Assembly (NCBI GenBank): GCA_040285855.1
Contig: JAUFOQ010000003.1
Coordinates: 806,001-870,000, forward strand
Direction: 5' to 3'
Length of the DNA stretch: 64,000 nucleotides
Source of the DNA: Eukaryota sp. GEM-RC1
Lineage: Eukaryota
Part shown: positions 24,301-37,455 of the stretch, one piece after another
Position numbering within the stretch: the stretch's first letter is position 1
Layout of the letters: every line of letters begins with the position of its first letter
Notes under the pieces: generated by a model
The model's input: only the letters and a program-made list of their open reading frames with translations
The model's database searches: none
Told to the model about the DNA's origin: nothing
Position numbers and translations under genes: made by a program

Positions 24301-27300
24301 TGGGCAACAATTAATCTAGCATCTTTTTAACAATCACTCTAGAATTGACAAGAATTAACTGTGGTTCTATTAATTTTCCAAACGCCAAAATAATTAAATT
24401 AATACCAGACAATTTTGTAACACCAATGAACTCATAAGAAAGTGAAGTAAACACTGAGTGAATATCACAAGTAGATTCAATGGAAGAATCAATGAAGGAA
24501 ATGAAACCATTGACTGTGATTGAAGAACAATCAAGAGAAATAACAACATTGGTGAGGTACAGAGAGTTGATGATGACGTTTTGGTCAATAAATACATCTT
24601 GATTAATATAATTACCATCTATAATTACAGTGGAATTCTCATTAGGAGGAGATGGTACCCATATATCATTTCTTGACCAAAGAATATCATAAGAATTATT
24701 GGGAGGTAGATCTAGATTGGTAGGATTAACTACTGGTAAAAGACATTGACCTGAAACAGGATCAATTCCTGGATAGTCCTGGGTAGTTACCACGCTGATA
24801 GAAGAATCATCAAAAACAAGTCAAAATACAGATCACATTGCACTTTGAAGGAGTCATGTTCAGAAAGTAAAGAACCAAATAGAACTAAAGAAAAGGTATA
24901 ATTAGCAGAAATTGAATTGGGAAAAGTAAAAACAAAGGATCCATTTACAGAAAGAATTCCTTTAACAATTAATTGAGTATTGTTGTTATAGTTTAATAAA
25001 ACACTAGAATGTTCAGCAACTACCAAGTCCTTTTGAATTTCAAGTAAACCAGAAGGAATAATTTTTCCATAATTAACAATAGTAGAATTGAATAATCCAT
25101 AGCCTGTAATTGAAGCCAATTCTCGAATTATTACAACTTCAGCTTTTATACTTCCACCATTAAGAATCAAAGTAGATGACGAGTCAAATTCAAGAAGACC
25201 ATCAACACTGATCACTCCAAAATTCTCCAATGATTTTCCAACTTTTAGGCCACTGAAAAAGACAAGAGAGTTCCAGTTGAAGAAATAGAAATAACTGTAT
25301 CCAAAACCAAAGGCAATGTTTCACGAGTTTCGAATAAACCTTCAATTTGAACAACAGAATACTCATTTCCAGAAATATTAGGTTGAATAATGTCACTTTG
25401 GTCAATAAGTAATGCTGCATCTTCTGTAATAATTACTGTAGAATTGACAAGATTTAACTGTGGTTCTATTAATTTTCCAAATTCCAAAACAATTAGATTA
25501 ATACCAGACAACTTTGTAACACCAATAAAATCATAGGTAAGTGAAGTAAACTCTGATGGAGTATCACAAGTAGATTCAATGGAAGAATCAATGAAGGAAG
25601 TGAAACCATTGACTGTGATTGAAGAACATTGAAGAGAAAGAACGACATTGGTGAGGTAAAGAGATTTGATGATGACGTTTTGGTCAATAAATACAACTTG
25701 ATTAATATAATTACCATCTATAATTACAGTGGAATTCTCATTAGGAGGAGATGGTACCCAGATATCAATTCTTGACCAAAGAATATCATTAGAATTATTA
25801 AGGGGAACAACAAGGTAAACATTGGGATCTAATGGTAAAGGACATTGACCTGAAACCGGATCAATTCCTGGATAGTCTTGGGTAGTTACCACGCTGATAG
25901 AAGAATCACCAAAAACAAGTCAAAATACTGATCACATTGCACTGAAAATGAGCCATGTTCAGAAAGTAAAGAGCCAAATAGAACTAAAGAAATGGTATAA
26001 TTAGAAGGAATTGATTTGTCAAAAGAAAAAACAAAGGATCCATTTACAGAAAGAATTCCTTTAACAATCAATTGAGTTTCACTGTGGTTATAGTTTAATA
26101 AAACACTAGAATGTTCAGCAACTACCAAGTCTTTTTGAATTTTCAGTAAACCAGAATGAATAAGTTTTCCATAATTAACAATAGTAGAATTGAATAATCC
26201 ATAGCCTGTAATTGAAGCCAATTCTTGAATTATTACAACTTCAGCCTTTATATTTCCATCATTAAGAATCAAAGTAGATGACGAGTCAAATTCAAGTAAA
26301 CCATCAACACTAATTACTCCAAAATTCTCCATTGATTTACCAACTTTTAGACCACTGAAAAAGACAAGAGAGTTCCAGTTGAAGAAATAGAAATATCTGT
26401 ATCCAAAACCAAAGGCAATGTATCACGAGTTTCGAATAAACCTTCAATTTGAATAACAGAATACTCATTTCCAGAAATATTAGGTTGAATAATGTCACTT
26501 TGGGCAACAATTAAAGTGGCATCTTCTTTAACAATTACTGTAGAATTGACAAGATTTAACTGTGGTTCTATTAATTTTCCAAATTCCAAAACAATTAGAT
26601 TAATACCAGACAACTTTGTAACACCAATAAAATCATAGGTAAGTGAAGTAAACTCTGATGGAGTATCACAAGTAGATTCAATGGAAGAATCAATGAAGGA
26701 AGTGAAACCATTGACTGTGATTGAAGAACATTGAAGAGAAAGAACGACATTGGTGAGGTAAAGAGATTTGATGATGACGTTTTGGTCAATAAATACAACT
26801 TGATTAATATAATTACCATCTATAATTACAGTGGAATTCTCATTAGGAGGAGATGGTACCCAGATATCAATTCTTGACCAAAGAATATCATTAGAATTAT
26901 TAAGGGGAACAACAAGGTAAACATTGGGATCTAATGGTAAAGGACATTGACCTGAAACCGGATCAATTCCTGGATAGTCTTGGGTAGTTACCACGCTGAT
27001 AGAAGAATCACCAAAAACAAGTCAAAATACTGATCACATTGCACTGAAAATGAGCCATGTTCAGAAAGTAAAGAGCCAAATAGAACTAAAGAAATGGTAT
27101 AATTAGAAGGAATTGATTTGTCAAAAGAAAAAACAAAGGATCCATTTACAGAAAGAATTCCTTTAACAATCAATTGAGTTTCACTGTGGTTATAGTTTAA
27201 TAAAACACTAGAATGTTCAGCAACTACCAGGTCTTTTTGAATTTTAAGTAAACCAGAATGAATAAGTTTTCCATAATTAACAATAGTAGAATTGAATAAT

Positions 27301-30300
27301 CCATAGCCTGTAATTGAAGCCAATTCTTGAATTATTACAACTTCAGCCTTTATACTGCCACCATTAAGATTTAGAGTAGATGACGAGTCAAATTCAAGTA
27401 AACCATTAACACTGATCACTCCAAAATTCTCCATTGATTTTCCAACTTTAAGGCCACTGAAAAAGACAAGAGAGTGCCGGTTGAAGAAATGGAAACATCT
27501 GTATCCAAAACCAAAGGCAATGTATTACGAGTTTCGAATAAACCTTCAATTTGAACAACAGAATACTCATTTCCAGAAATATTAGATTGAATAATGTTAC
27601 TTTGGTCAACAATTAAAGTGGCATCTTCTTTAACAATTACTTTAGAATTGACAAGATTTAACTGTGGTTCTGTTAATTTTCCAAATTCCAAAACAATTAG
27701 ATTAATACCAGACAACTTTGTAACACCAATAAAATCATAGGTAAGTGAAGTAAACTTTGATGGAGTATCACAAGTAGATTCAATGGAAGAATCAATGAAG
27801 GAAGTGAAACCATTGACTGTGATTGAAGAACAATCAAGAGAAAGAACGACATTGCTGAGGTACAGAGAGTTGATGTTGACGTTTTGGTCAATAAATACAA
27901 CTTGATTAATATAATTACCATCTATAATTACAGTGGAATTCTCATTAGGAGGAGATGGTACCCAGATATCAATTCTTGACCAAAGAATATCATTAGAATT
28001 ATTAAGGGGAACGACAAGGTAAACATTGGGATCTAATGGTAAAGGACATTGACCTGAAACAGGATCAATTCCTGGATAGTCTTGGGTAGTTACCACGCTG
28101 ATAGAAGAATCATACAAAAACAAGTCAAAATACTGATCACATTGAACTTTGAATGAGCCATGTTCAGAAAGTAAAGAGCCAAATAGAACTAAAGAAATGG
28201 TATAATTAGAAGGAATTGATTTGTCAAAAGCAAAAACAAAGGATCCATTTACAGAAAGAATTCCTTTAACAATCAATTGAGTTTCACTGTGGTTATAGTT
28301 TAATAAAACACTAGAATGTTCAGCAACTACCAAGTCTTTTTGAATTTTCAGTAAACCAGAATGAATAAGTTTTCCATAATTAACAATAGTAGAATCGATT
28401 AATCCATAGCCTGTAATTGAAGCCAATTCTTGAATTATTACAACTTCAGCCTTTATACTTCCACCATTGAGAAACAAAGTAGATGACGAGTCAAATTGAA
28501 GTAAACCATCAACACTAATTACTCCAAAATTCTCCATTGATTTACCAACTTTTAGGCCACTGAAAAAAGACAAGAGAGTTCCAGTTGAAGAAATAGAAAC
28601 ATCTGTATCCAAAAGCAAAGGCAATGTATTACGAGTTTCGAATAAACCTTCAATTTGAATAACAGAATACTCATTTCCAGAAATATTTGGTTGAATAGTG
28701 TTACTTTGGTCAACAATTAATGCTGCAGCTTCTTTAACAATTACTTTAGAATTGACAAGATTTAACTGTGGTTCGATTAATTTTCCAAACTCCAAAACAA
28801 TTAGATTAATACCAGACAGCTTTGTAACACCAATAAACTCATAGCTAAATGAAGTAAACTTTGATGGAGTATCACAAGTAGATTCAATGGAAGAATCAAT
28901 GAAGGAAATGAAACCATTGACAGTGATTGAAGAACAATCAAGAGAAATAACAACATTGGTGAGGTACAGAGAGTTGATGATGACGTTTTGGTCAATAAAT
29001 ACAACTTGATTAATATAATTACCATCTATAATTACAGTGGAATTCTCATTAGGAGGAGATGGTACCCATATATCATTTCTTGACCAAAGAATATCATAAG
29101 AATTATTGGGAGGTAGATCTAGATTGGTAGGATTAACTACTGGTAAAAGACATTGACCTGAAACAGGATCAATTCCTGGATAGTCCTGGGTAGTTACCAC
29201 GCTGATAGAAGAATTATCAAAAACAAGTCAAAATACAGATCACATTGCACTTTGAAGGAGTCATGTTCAGAAAGTAAAGAACCAAATAGAACTAAAGAAA
29301 AGGTATAATTAGCAGAAATTGAATTGGGAAAAGTAAAAACAAAGGATCCATTTACAGAAAGAATTCCTTTAACAATTAATTGAGTATTGTTGTTATAGTT
29401 TAATAAAACACTAGAATGTTCAGCAACTACCAAGTCCTTTTGAATTTCAAGTAAACCAGAAGGAATAATTTTTCCATAATTAACAATAGTAGAATTGAAT
29501 AATCCATAGCCTGTAATTGAAGCCAATTCTCGAATTATTACAACTTCAGCTTTTATACTTCCACCATTAAGAATCAAAGTAGATGACGAGTCAAATTCAA
29601 GAAGACCATCAACACTGATCACTCCAAAATTCTCCATTGATTTTCCAACTTTTAGGCCACTGAAAAAGACAAGAGAGTTCCAGTTGAAGAAATAGAAATA
29701 ACTGTATCCAAAACCAAAGGCAATGTTTCACGAGTTTCGAATAAACCTTCAATTTGAACAACAGAATACTCATTTCCAGAAATATTAGGTTGAATAATGT
29801 CACTTTGGTCAATAAGTAATGCTGCATCTTCTGTAATAATTACTGTAGAATTGACAAGATTTAACTGTGGTTCTATTAATTTTCCAAATTCCAAAACAAT
29901 TAGATTAATACCAGACAACTTTGTAACACCAATAAAATCATAGGTAAGTGAAGTAAACTCTGATGGAGTATCACAAGTAGATTCAATGGAAGAATCAATG
30001 AAGGAAGTGAAACCATTGACTGTGATTGAAGAACATTGAAGAGAAAGAACGACATTGGTGAGGTAAAGAGATTTGATGATGACGTTTTGGTCAATAAATA
30101 CAACTTGATTAATATAATTACCATCTATAATTACAGTGGAATTCTCATTAGGAGGAGATGGTACCCAGATATCAATTCTTGACCAAAGAATATCATTAGA
30201 ATTATTAAGGGGAACAACAAGGTAAACATTGAGATCTAATGGTAAAGGACATTGACCTGAAACCGGATCAATTCCTGGATAGTCTTGGGTAGTTACCACG

Positions 30301-33300
30301 CTGATAGAAGAATCATCAAAAACAAGTCAAAATACTGATCACATTGCACTAAAAATGAGCCATGTTCAGAAAGTAAAGAGCCAAATAGAACTAAAGAAAT
30401 GGTATAATTAGAAGGAATTGATTTGTGAAAAGCAAAAACAAAGGATCCATTTACAGAAAGAATTCCTTTAACAATCAATTGAGCTTCATTATTGCAATAG
30501 TTTAGAAAAACATTCGAATGTTGAGCAATTGCCAAATCCTTTTCAATTTCAAGTAAACCAGAAATTTTGATGGTTCCATGATTAAAGACAGTCGAAATGA
30601 TTGATCCATAGCCTGAAATTGAAGCAGATTCATAAACAATAATATCTTGAGCATCAACATTACCACCACTAAGATTCAGAACAGATGACGAGTCCAATTC
30701 AAGAAGACCATCAATAATAACTATTCCAGAGTTGTTGATGGACTTTTCAAACCTCATTTCTGAAAGGGTAGAGAAAATACTACCAGAAGTATGAACAAGA
30801 ACTGAAGTGTTGAGTGTCAGAGGAAGTTCCAGATTGATAAGCAACTCTCCTTCGATTTCTAAAAAAGAACCTTCACCAGTAACATGAGATGTAACCAAAT
30901 CTTGTACAAAGAAATGATCATAACCAACAAAAACTTTACCAACCTTAAGTCCAATAGTTTCAGTAGTTGGAGAAGGTAAGTTTGTCCCAGACCAACTATA
31001 CAAAATTCCAGTTACAGATAAGGCAAAGACGATCTCTGAACTGCTATGAATACCAGTAATCCTTTCCAATCCTTCAACTTTCCCAGATGAATGAGATGGA
31101 ACAGTACTGGTAGATCTACCGAGAATCTCACCACAAGAATAAACGTCACCTTGAGAAGTCAAAAGATTGAAAATTTTCTACCACAACTTACTTGAATCAC
31201 GTAAAAATCTTTAGAGTTAGCAATGGGTGTAGGACTATTCCTGTCATTGATATCTCCAACACAAAGCTGACCATTGTCATTCCTACCTGTAGCAAATAGA
31301 TCACCACTTTCAGTGAGGAAAAATGAGTGTTCAAAACATCCTACAACTTTCTTGCTAGGTAAGTTAAGAGAAACTAAATGAGGAGATGACTTACCGGCGG
31401 AAAAACCCGAGGAACTAATACCAAGTTGTCCATAACGGTTATAACCCCAAGACTTCGCTTCTCCATTAGACAAAACTGCTAAGGAATGCGCATATCCGGC
31501 AGATACATAGTTAACATTGGAAAGAAATTCAATTCTTTCGGGAAAATATTGGTTAGGAAAAGTATTGCCATGTCCAAGTTGGCCATACAGTGAAGCCCCG
31601 AAGGAGTAAACATCGCCATTTATTAGTCTAACCAGACTATGACCATAACCAGCAGAAGCTTGGACAATATTGGTCAAATTAATTTTTGTTGGATCCATAC
31701 GACTGTCAGCATCTCCCAAGCCAAGTTGACCAGTTTCACCAAAGTCAGTCACAAAGTTTGTTCCCCAAGAGTAGAGAAAACCGTCTCTTGTAACTCCTAG
31801 AGAGTGTGCTTTACCAGCGGTAACTGAAAAAACTTCTGCTCAGTATTGATTGGTAATAAAATATGATTACCTTGATGCCCAGTTCCTGTTTTCCCATCTT
31901 CTCCGTTACCCCAAGCTAGGAGTGGTGATGACGTGTCACTTTGGTCAACAATTACTGTGGCATCTTCTTTAACAATTACTTTAGAATTGACAAGAGTTAA
32001 CTGTGGTTCTATTAATTTTCCAAGCTCCAAAACAATTAGATTAATACCAGACAACTCTGTAACACCAATAAACTCATAGGTAAATGAAGTAAACTTTGAT
32101 CGAATATCACAAGTAGATTCAATGGAAGAATCAATGAAGGAAGTGAACCCATTGACTGTGATTGAATAACAATCAAGAGAAAGAACGACATTGCTGAGGT
32201 AAAGAGAGTTGATGATGACATCTTGGCCGATGAATACAAGTTGATTAATATAATTACCATCTATAATTACAGTGGAATTCTCATTAGCAGTAGATGGTAC
32301 CCAGATATCATTTCTTGACCAAAGAATATCATTAGAATTATTGAGGGGAACAACAAGGTAAACATAGTCGTCTAATGGAAAAGACATTGACCTGAAACAG
32401 GATCAATTCCTGGATAGTCTTGGGTAGTTACCACGCTGATAGAAGAATCATCAAAAACAAGTCAAAATACTGATCACATTGAACTCTGAATGAGTCATGT
32501 TCAGAAAGTAAAGAGCCAAATAGAACTAAAGAAATGGTATAATTAGGAGGAATTGAATTGGGAAAAGTAAAAGAAAATAACCCGTTTACAGAAAGAATTC
32601 CGTTAACAATCAATTGAGTTTCATTGTTGTTATAGTTTAATAAAAAATTCGACTTTTCAGCAATTGTCAAGTGTTTGTAAATTTGAAGTACACCAGAAGG
32701 TTTAATTTTTCCATAATTAACAACAGTTGAATTAATTGACCCAAAGCCTGTAATTGAAGCATATTGTTGGACGGCAATATGACTAGCTTCTATGTTACCA
32801 CCAAAGAGAGCAATCAGTGAAAATGAGTTAAATTCAAGAAACTGGTCACATTTGACCGTACCAAAAGTTTCCAGTTTTGTGAGAAATTTGACAGGCAAAA
32901 ACGAGGATAAAAATCCACTAGAATGTATGATGACTGAAATATTCAACAACAACGGAAATTCTAGACGGTTCTCCAATTTTCCTGCAATTTCTATAGAAGA
33001 GTCTTCATCTCCAGTTATGTCAGTATGTACAGTTTCTTGGGCAAACCGGTGGAATGTCCCTGGAAAATACTTACCAACCTTTAGTTCAGAAGTTTCTGTG
33101 ACAGGAGAAGGTACCAGTAGTTCCCAGTCAGAGTATCTCCAACTATACAATGTTCCATCAGTCGACAAGGCAATGTTAACACCATATAAACCTTTATATA
33201 TGCTGGAGACCACACCCATACCTTCAACTTTTCCCGGAGTATGGGAAGGGACTGTATCCGTAGATCGGCCAATTGCTCTACCACACGAGAAAACTTCACC

Positions 33301-34566
33301 TTGTGCAGTAAGAAAAATGGTGGTTTCATGATGTTGGTAACTAGACAACTTACATGGTCTAGCTTGAATCACGTGGAAATCTCTAGAGTTAACAATGGCA
33401 GTAGGCACATCTCTGTCAGTGGTATCACCAACACAAAGCTGACCTTTAGTATTTTTTACCTGAAGCAAATAACTCACCACTTTCAGTAAGGAACAGAGAG
33501 TGGCGAAACCCACCACTCACTTTCTTAACTCGGTGACTAATGACAACGGGATAGGGAGAAGTATGAACAAAGGTGTATCTGTTCCAAGGGAACCGGGACA
33601 ACAACCCCAAGCTTTCACTTCTCCATTTGACGATACAGCGAAAGAATTTTGGGCTCCAGTAGATATGTCAACAACATTGGAAAGATTATTAATTTTTCTG
33701 GGCAATAATTCATCTGTACCGGAGGTTCCGTGTCCAAGTACTCCCAAATCAGAACTCCCAAAGGAGTAAACGTCACCATTGTCTAGTCTAACCAGACTAT
33801 GATCAGACCCAGTAGAAACTTGGACAACATTGATTAAATTTAATTTTGTTGGTACTAATCTATTGGTAGTATCGCCTAAGCCTAGCTGACCTCTAGAGTT
33901 AGCTCCCCACGAGTACAGGAAACCATCCCTGGTAAGACCAAGACTGTGTCCTTCACCAGCAGCAATAGAAATAAACTTCTGATCTGTGTGGACTGGCATA
34001 AGACCATGGTTACCTTGATTACCAGTTCCTGTTCTTCCATCAGCTCCCCGACCCCAAGCTATGAGTAGTGATGACGTGTCACTTTGATCAACAATTAATG
34101 TAGCATTTTCTTTAACAATTACTTTAGAATTGACAAGAGTTAACTGTGGTTCTATTAATTTTCCAAAGTCAAATACAATTAGATTAATACCAGACAACTT
34201 TGTAACACCAATGAACTCATAGGTAAGTGAAGTAAACTTTGATAGAATATCACATGTAGATTCAATGGAAGAATCAATGAAGGAAGTGAAACTATTGACT
34301 GTGATTGAAGAACAATCGATGGAAATGACGACATTGGTTAGGTGAAGAGAGTTGATGATGACGTCGTCATTGTTCACAAAGATAGAGGACTCTAGTTGAC
34401 TCCCATCAATGTAGACATTGGAAGTTTCAGTAGGAGGAGAAGGAGTCCAGAGATCAGATCGAGTCCAAAGGAGATCGGTAGAATCTGGAGGAAGAAAATG
34501 AACGTCATTGGCAAGACATAAAGAGCGTAGCAAAAGCATAAACACAGCAAATCTCAAACTAGTCAT
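21320..34566 (-). CDS. Giant single-pass receptor-like kinase: signal peptide - 8 extracellular repeats (2 with RCC1 propellers) - TM - MLKL-NTD-like 4HB - protein kinase (~4,400 aa, split by homopolymer indels)
   Basis: ATG 34566 followed by a signal peptide (MTSLRFAVFMLLLRSLCLA). Collinear same-strand ORF fragments; the breaks checked fall in T/A runs, and one junction is intact in ORF 27416-29200. The last repeat reads ...CEALFEIQTERSLSIVVVSVFPELTDDELVCPTALDPEDPK into the 731-aa TM-kinase ORF (VVVK, HRDLKPDN, DWG, WASPE, DVFSF). Confidence 0.8.
23530..34500 (-). repeat. Intragenic tandem repeat of ~1.1-kb (~367 aa) units, 8 copies
   Basis: The VTTQDYPGIDPVSGQC marker recurs at about 32428, 30299, 29200, 28096, 26994, 25892 and 24793. 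Spacing is 1099-1104 bp, or 2129 bp where RCC1 is inserted. Confidence 0.95.
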
Positions 34567-34809
34567 TGTAGACAACACTTAAAGATGAGAGGGTTCTTTT
34601 AAAGGGAAAAGTACCACAGAAATTCGATTTTGAACCTAGACCAAATGTACCTGCTTCCAACCTTCATGTATTAGCCTGACAGATGCAATAACTCAGTTAC
34701 ACACACGGAACAATCATTTGTCTTCTTCTACTTCTTAAGTCTCTCTTTCAAACTCTTGACAAATACTTCATTCATTAAATTGTTGATGCACAAAGTGTAC
34801 ACTTCTCGG

Positions 34810-35290
34810 CAGTGGAGTTTGTGATTCTTTCCGCAAAGAACATCATCTTATAGCTTTAAAACACCGTATTCTCGAAATACGTCTCTTCTATACTGAAGCT
34901 GAAAGACTTGCTCCTGTCTTTCATCACGACAGCAACACTCAACTACCATTGTCTCTTTCTGAATACAAACTTTTCATGCAACGTTGCGAAGAATGTGTAG
35001 CTTTCATCTCTGCAAACAAGTCTCTTCATTCTACTGACTCTTATCTCAATACATATCAACAATACTTCTCCAGAGCTTACCGACATGTGTTTTATCAAGC
35101 ATCTGCCTGCATTTCTCGTCTTTCATCAGCTTCTCCTCTCTCTTCCGCTCTTGCTGACTTCTCTTCTCTACTTTCTGGAAGACCTGCTGCTCGTTCTTAC
35201 CTCAAAGAACAATTAGACCAGTACGTCAAATTCCGCTTGAATTCTGGAGACTTCTTTATATCAAAGAAAACATTGGAGGTCAGTCAATAG
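34810..35290 (+). pseudogene. Truncated COG3/Sec34-like fragment
   Basis: ...HRILEIRLFYTEAERL...FMQRCEECVAFISAN...YLNTYQQYFSRAY resembles the Sec34 N-terminal region; no clear start and a premature end. Confidence 0.4.
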
Positions 35291-35748
35291 TCCAGCTAGA
35301 TTCAGCAATCATTGGATGTAGAATAAAAGCATTGTTTTTCTGAACAAATCTTTCCAAAGTCAAAGTTGTTTAATCAGAGGCCCAAAGGAACTCTTGAGTT
35401 GTTTGTATGATGGTGGTCTGGGTTTTACTGGTTGAATTCAAGTATTTTTAAATTTTTCTCTTTTATAATTATTATTACTTGACAGATCTGATTTATGTTT
35501 AGATTTTTCCAGAATTGAGTTTTATTTATTACCCATGCGATACACTATATTTTTACTTGATAAATACTTTTGAACTTGGGTGTTGGTGTATGTATTGTGC
35601 ATGTGGAGTTAATCATATGGTTAATTGTTAGTGTTGCACGAAACGTTAGTAGGTCTGTGGAATCGTCAACATACGTTTCCAAAATTTGACAATTACTGTT
35701 GTAAAATGACGACTTGTTACAAAACTTTGTTTTAAAAATGGTATTAGT

Positions 35749-36450
35749 TTGGCTACAATTGAGAATTCCGCTTTTTGTGGTTTCTTGAAAGACATTTCTA
35801 GTGATGAGGCTTCTACTTTGATTACTCGATATCCGCAAAGTTATAGTTTCAACTTAAAAGATCATGAATGGCTTATCAACATTCGTTTGAGGTTAGGTTT
35901 ATGGCCTGATGGTCTCCTTCAAAAGTCTACTTCCGGGTGTGGTTCTTCTTTGGCATCTTTCCATCATGTGGTCAACTGTCATAAGTTTATTCATTTAAGA
36001 TCAATTTTAAATCAATGTTTAGAATTGTTTAAGAGCAATGGTTTTCATGGAAAAATCGAACCGGTTTTAAAGACTTTGACTAAACTATGAGAGATAAGAG
36101 TCCTCACTATAAAAATTATGGACTTTACTACGGTTGATCCTTGTAACTCACCTTCCGTTTACAGAATTTTAGTCGAACACTGTGCAGCTCTTGAAACTGC
36201 TGAAAGGAAAAAATTTAACTCGCTGGTCAATAACTTACCAAGATGAATTCTCTCCAACACAATCCGTTTGTTTTCCATCCTTATGCTATTTCTCCTTATG
36301 AAACGTTTGGTTTTTTCAATAGAAGAGATACTCACATCTTTTGGAAAATTGTGTAAGCAGTATGGACAAAACTTAATGAAAGTTATTGGAGAAGAAGGTT
36401 GACATTTTCCCTCTTCAAAGCGTTGTTTAGGTATTTTGATTGGTTTTCAA
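35749..36450 (+). mobile_element. Degenerate RLE-type non-LTR retroelement 3' fragment
   Basis: WLINIRLRLGLWP, HVVNC, KIEP, MDFTTVDP, AERKK and PYAIS motifs; frameshifts. Confidence 0.7.
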
Positions 36451-36714
36451 ACAGTCTCTTTACATTGAGACATGATTTTGAGACGATGTAGATGTATTGT
36501 GATCTCCTTTGTCAATGATGATGATCTGAATCTGTATGAATAAATTAAAGGGTTTTTTTTGTTTTGAACATCAAAAGAAATTAATTGTTTAAGTAGTGTA
36601 GTAAGAAGTCGAAAATTTTGTGAATACATATTTGAAACAAAAAACGAGTAAACTTCAGAATATAATCTATGAAACACTCGACACTGAAACTGTCTTATAT
36701 AATGGTAGAACTTT

Positions 36715-37150
36715 TCAATCTCAATGATCATGACTGGCTTGTTAATATATGAGACTTCGTTTAGGTTTTTGACCATTTGGACTGTTACAGAACAACATGT
36801 AGATCTGTAAATACAAACCGAAGGCTAGCTTTCACCATTTGGTCAATTGTCCGAAGTTCATTTATTCTCGTTCAATTTTGCACAACAGTTTCTGATATAC
36901 CTGTTTGGAATTGTTCAAGGCGAATAGTTTCCATGGCAAAGTGGACCATATACTTTCTCATCTTTCAGATCACTCTGATTCTACTCAGAAACATGGTGAT
37001 TTCATCGGCCCTTGGTTGTCATGCCAGGAAGTTGAAGTCAATGTTACGACTGTTGGCCCTTGCAAATCTTCAGCTATGAGTTTCAAAATTTGTTTGAAAA
37101 CTTGTGTTCAGAATTCGTTAAGAAGTTTAACAGTTCGTAATGGAAGAGTA
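36715..37150 (+). mobile_element. Degenerate RLE-type non-LTR retroelement fragment
   Basis: LNDHDWLVN..RLRLG, HLVNCP, FKANSFHGKV, GDFIGPW and VTTV, matching the neighbouring fragment. Confidence 0.6.
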
Positions 37151-37455
37151 AATTTGCTATTTCTACTTTTGAGTCATTGCAAAGATATGTGGATTCGATT
37201 TTGGCCAAGCGGTTTGGGTAACTACTGTTCGTAATTGGGTAGTTTGTTTGATAGTTTGTTTTAATAGTGTTTATTTATCTACATTGTATTTGTTGTTTTC
37301 TTGATGTGTGTTTTTCTCCACACGTAAATCCGCTCTTTATGGTAGAACAGTTCATGTAAAACCAATAGAATTTTCATCTTCGTTCATCGATCGGAAAAGA
37401 GAAAACAATCAAACGATTCTGACAAACTGATAAGCCACATAGAAATTCTGAAATT

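Noticed and set aside
24311..33516. Many small ORFs read as a tandem family of separate genes or pseudogenes
   Set aside because: Breaks fall in homopolymers, one unit junction is intact, and only one signal peptide and one TM exist, so a single gene fits better.
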